Positions 63,273 through 64,000 of a stretch of 64,000 nt of DNA are shown here, piece by piece. The position numbers were made by a program, and so were the translations under genes. Source of the DNA: Acanthaster planci (taxonomy: Eukaryota); assembly GCF_001949145.1 (NCBI RefSeq), contig NW_019091358.1, positions 3,876,238-3,940,237 on the forward strand. The letters are read 5' to 3'. The notes below the pieces were generated by a model, which ran no database searches, was not told the origin of the DNA, and saw nothing but the letters and a program-made list of their open reading frames with translations. Position 1 is the first letter of the stretch, and each line of letters starts with the position of its first letter.

Positions 63273-64000
63273 ATTAGTTCGCACTTGAAGGTCTGGTTCT
63301 TAGACCATCCAATGGGCTGAGCCTATATCGTATTGCATATCACCTGACTAAACATTCTGTGTAGCATGTAGCACTGCTACGCACACAGGTTCTGTCTTCT
63401 TCGGTCTCATTTCTGGCTGGGTATACCAGCCCCATGTGCCATGCTTTACATGCAGGGAACATCTAACAGGGAAAAATTGCACACTATAAGGGAACTCGCA
63501 AAACAAAAAAAATATAAACCAAGGATCTTTGAGGGAAGGGTCGCAGGAAACTTAATTAATAGAGACTCAAACATCATTATTTGACTTTTAAAAAAAAAAG
63601 GACACAAGAGAATTCATTTATTAAAAAGTCCCCCAAAAAATAAAAAAAACCAAAACAAAAGGACTACAAGACTAAAAGACTAAAACTTAAAAAGGACTAA
63701 AAAAACAACACAGTGTTTAAAATGGACCTTATGAGTATACACCCAGACTTCTGTAAAAACAAGAAAAGGAAAGAACACACATGTAAAAAACACAACAAAA
63801 TCTCTTGGGCATGGACTACATACTACTGGAAGTGAGAGCAGGGATTAACATGTCATAAAACTAAAACTGTGCACAGGCTTATAGGGCTCATTTAAGTATT
63901 AAAATCCCCTGGCAAGTCCAAATAAACAATCAAATAAGGAAGAGAAGACAAAGAAAGGCATGTTCTGAGGCAAGTAGATGGAAATACTTTGTATACATCA

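Overview
This is a gapped draft-assembly window from an invertebrate animal genome. An echinoderm such as a sea star is likely, but that is inferred only from protein similarity and repeat style. It holds three spliced genes, reconstructed by hand. (1) The last 10 coding exons of COPS2/CSN2 (+, 403-9473); the 5' exons lie outside the window. (2) A complete 5-exon FAM219A-like gene (-, 61362->20386, 195 aa, ending in the CaaX box CSIQ). (3) The probable first coding exon of DNAI1, the axonemal outer-arm dynein intermediate chain (+, 61874-61906). It sits head-to-head with FAM219A across about 510 bp carrying an RFX X-box and an NRF1-type site, the same arrangement as human FAM219A/DNAI1. The introns carry many DNA-transposon relics: hAT, Harbinger, Sola-like and piggyBac-like MITEs, a dead DD34E Tc1 transposase and a tRNA-derived SINE. 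The most unusual signal is a dense family of TA-XXXX-TA palindromic scars. TACATGTA and TACCGGTA occur mainly in the FAM219A gene body, and I found TAGGCCTA only around the promoter. Two of these appear as clean 6-nt insertions inside the Tc1 fossil, which suggests accumulated cut-and-paste excision footprints. Almost all ORFs in the supplied track are spurious.
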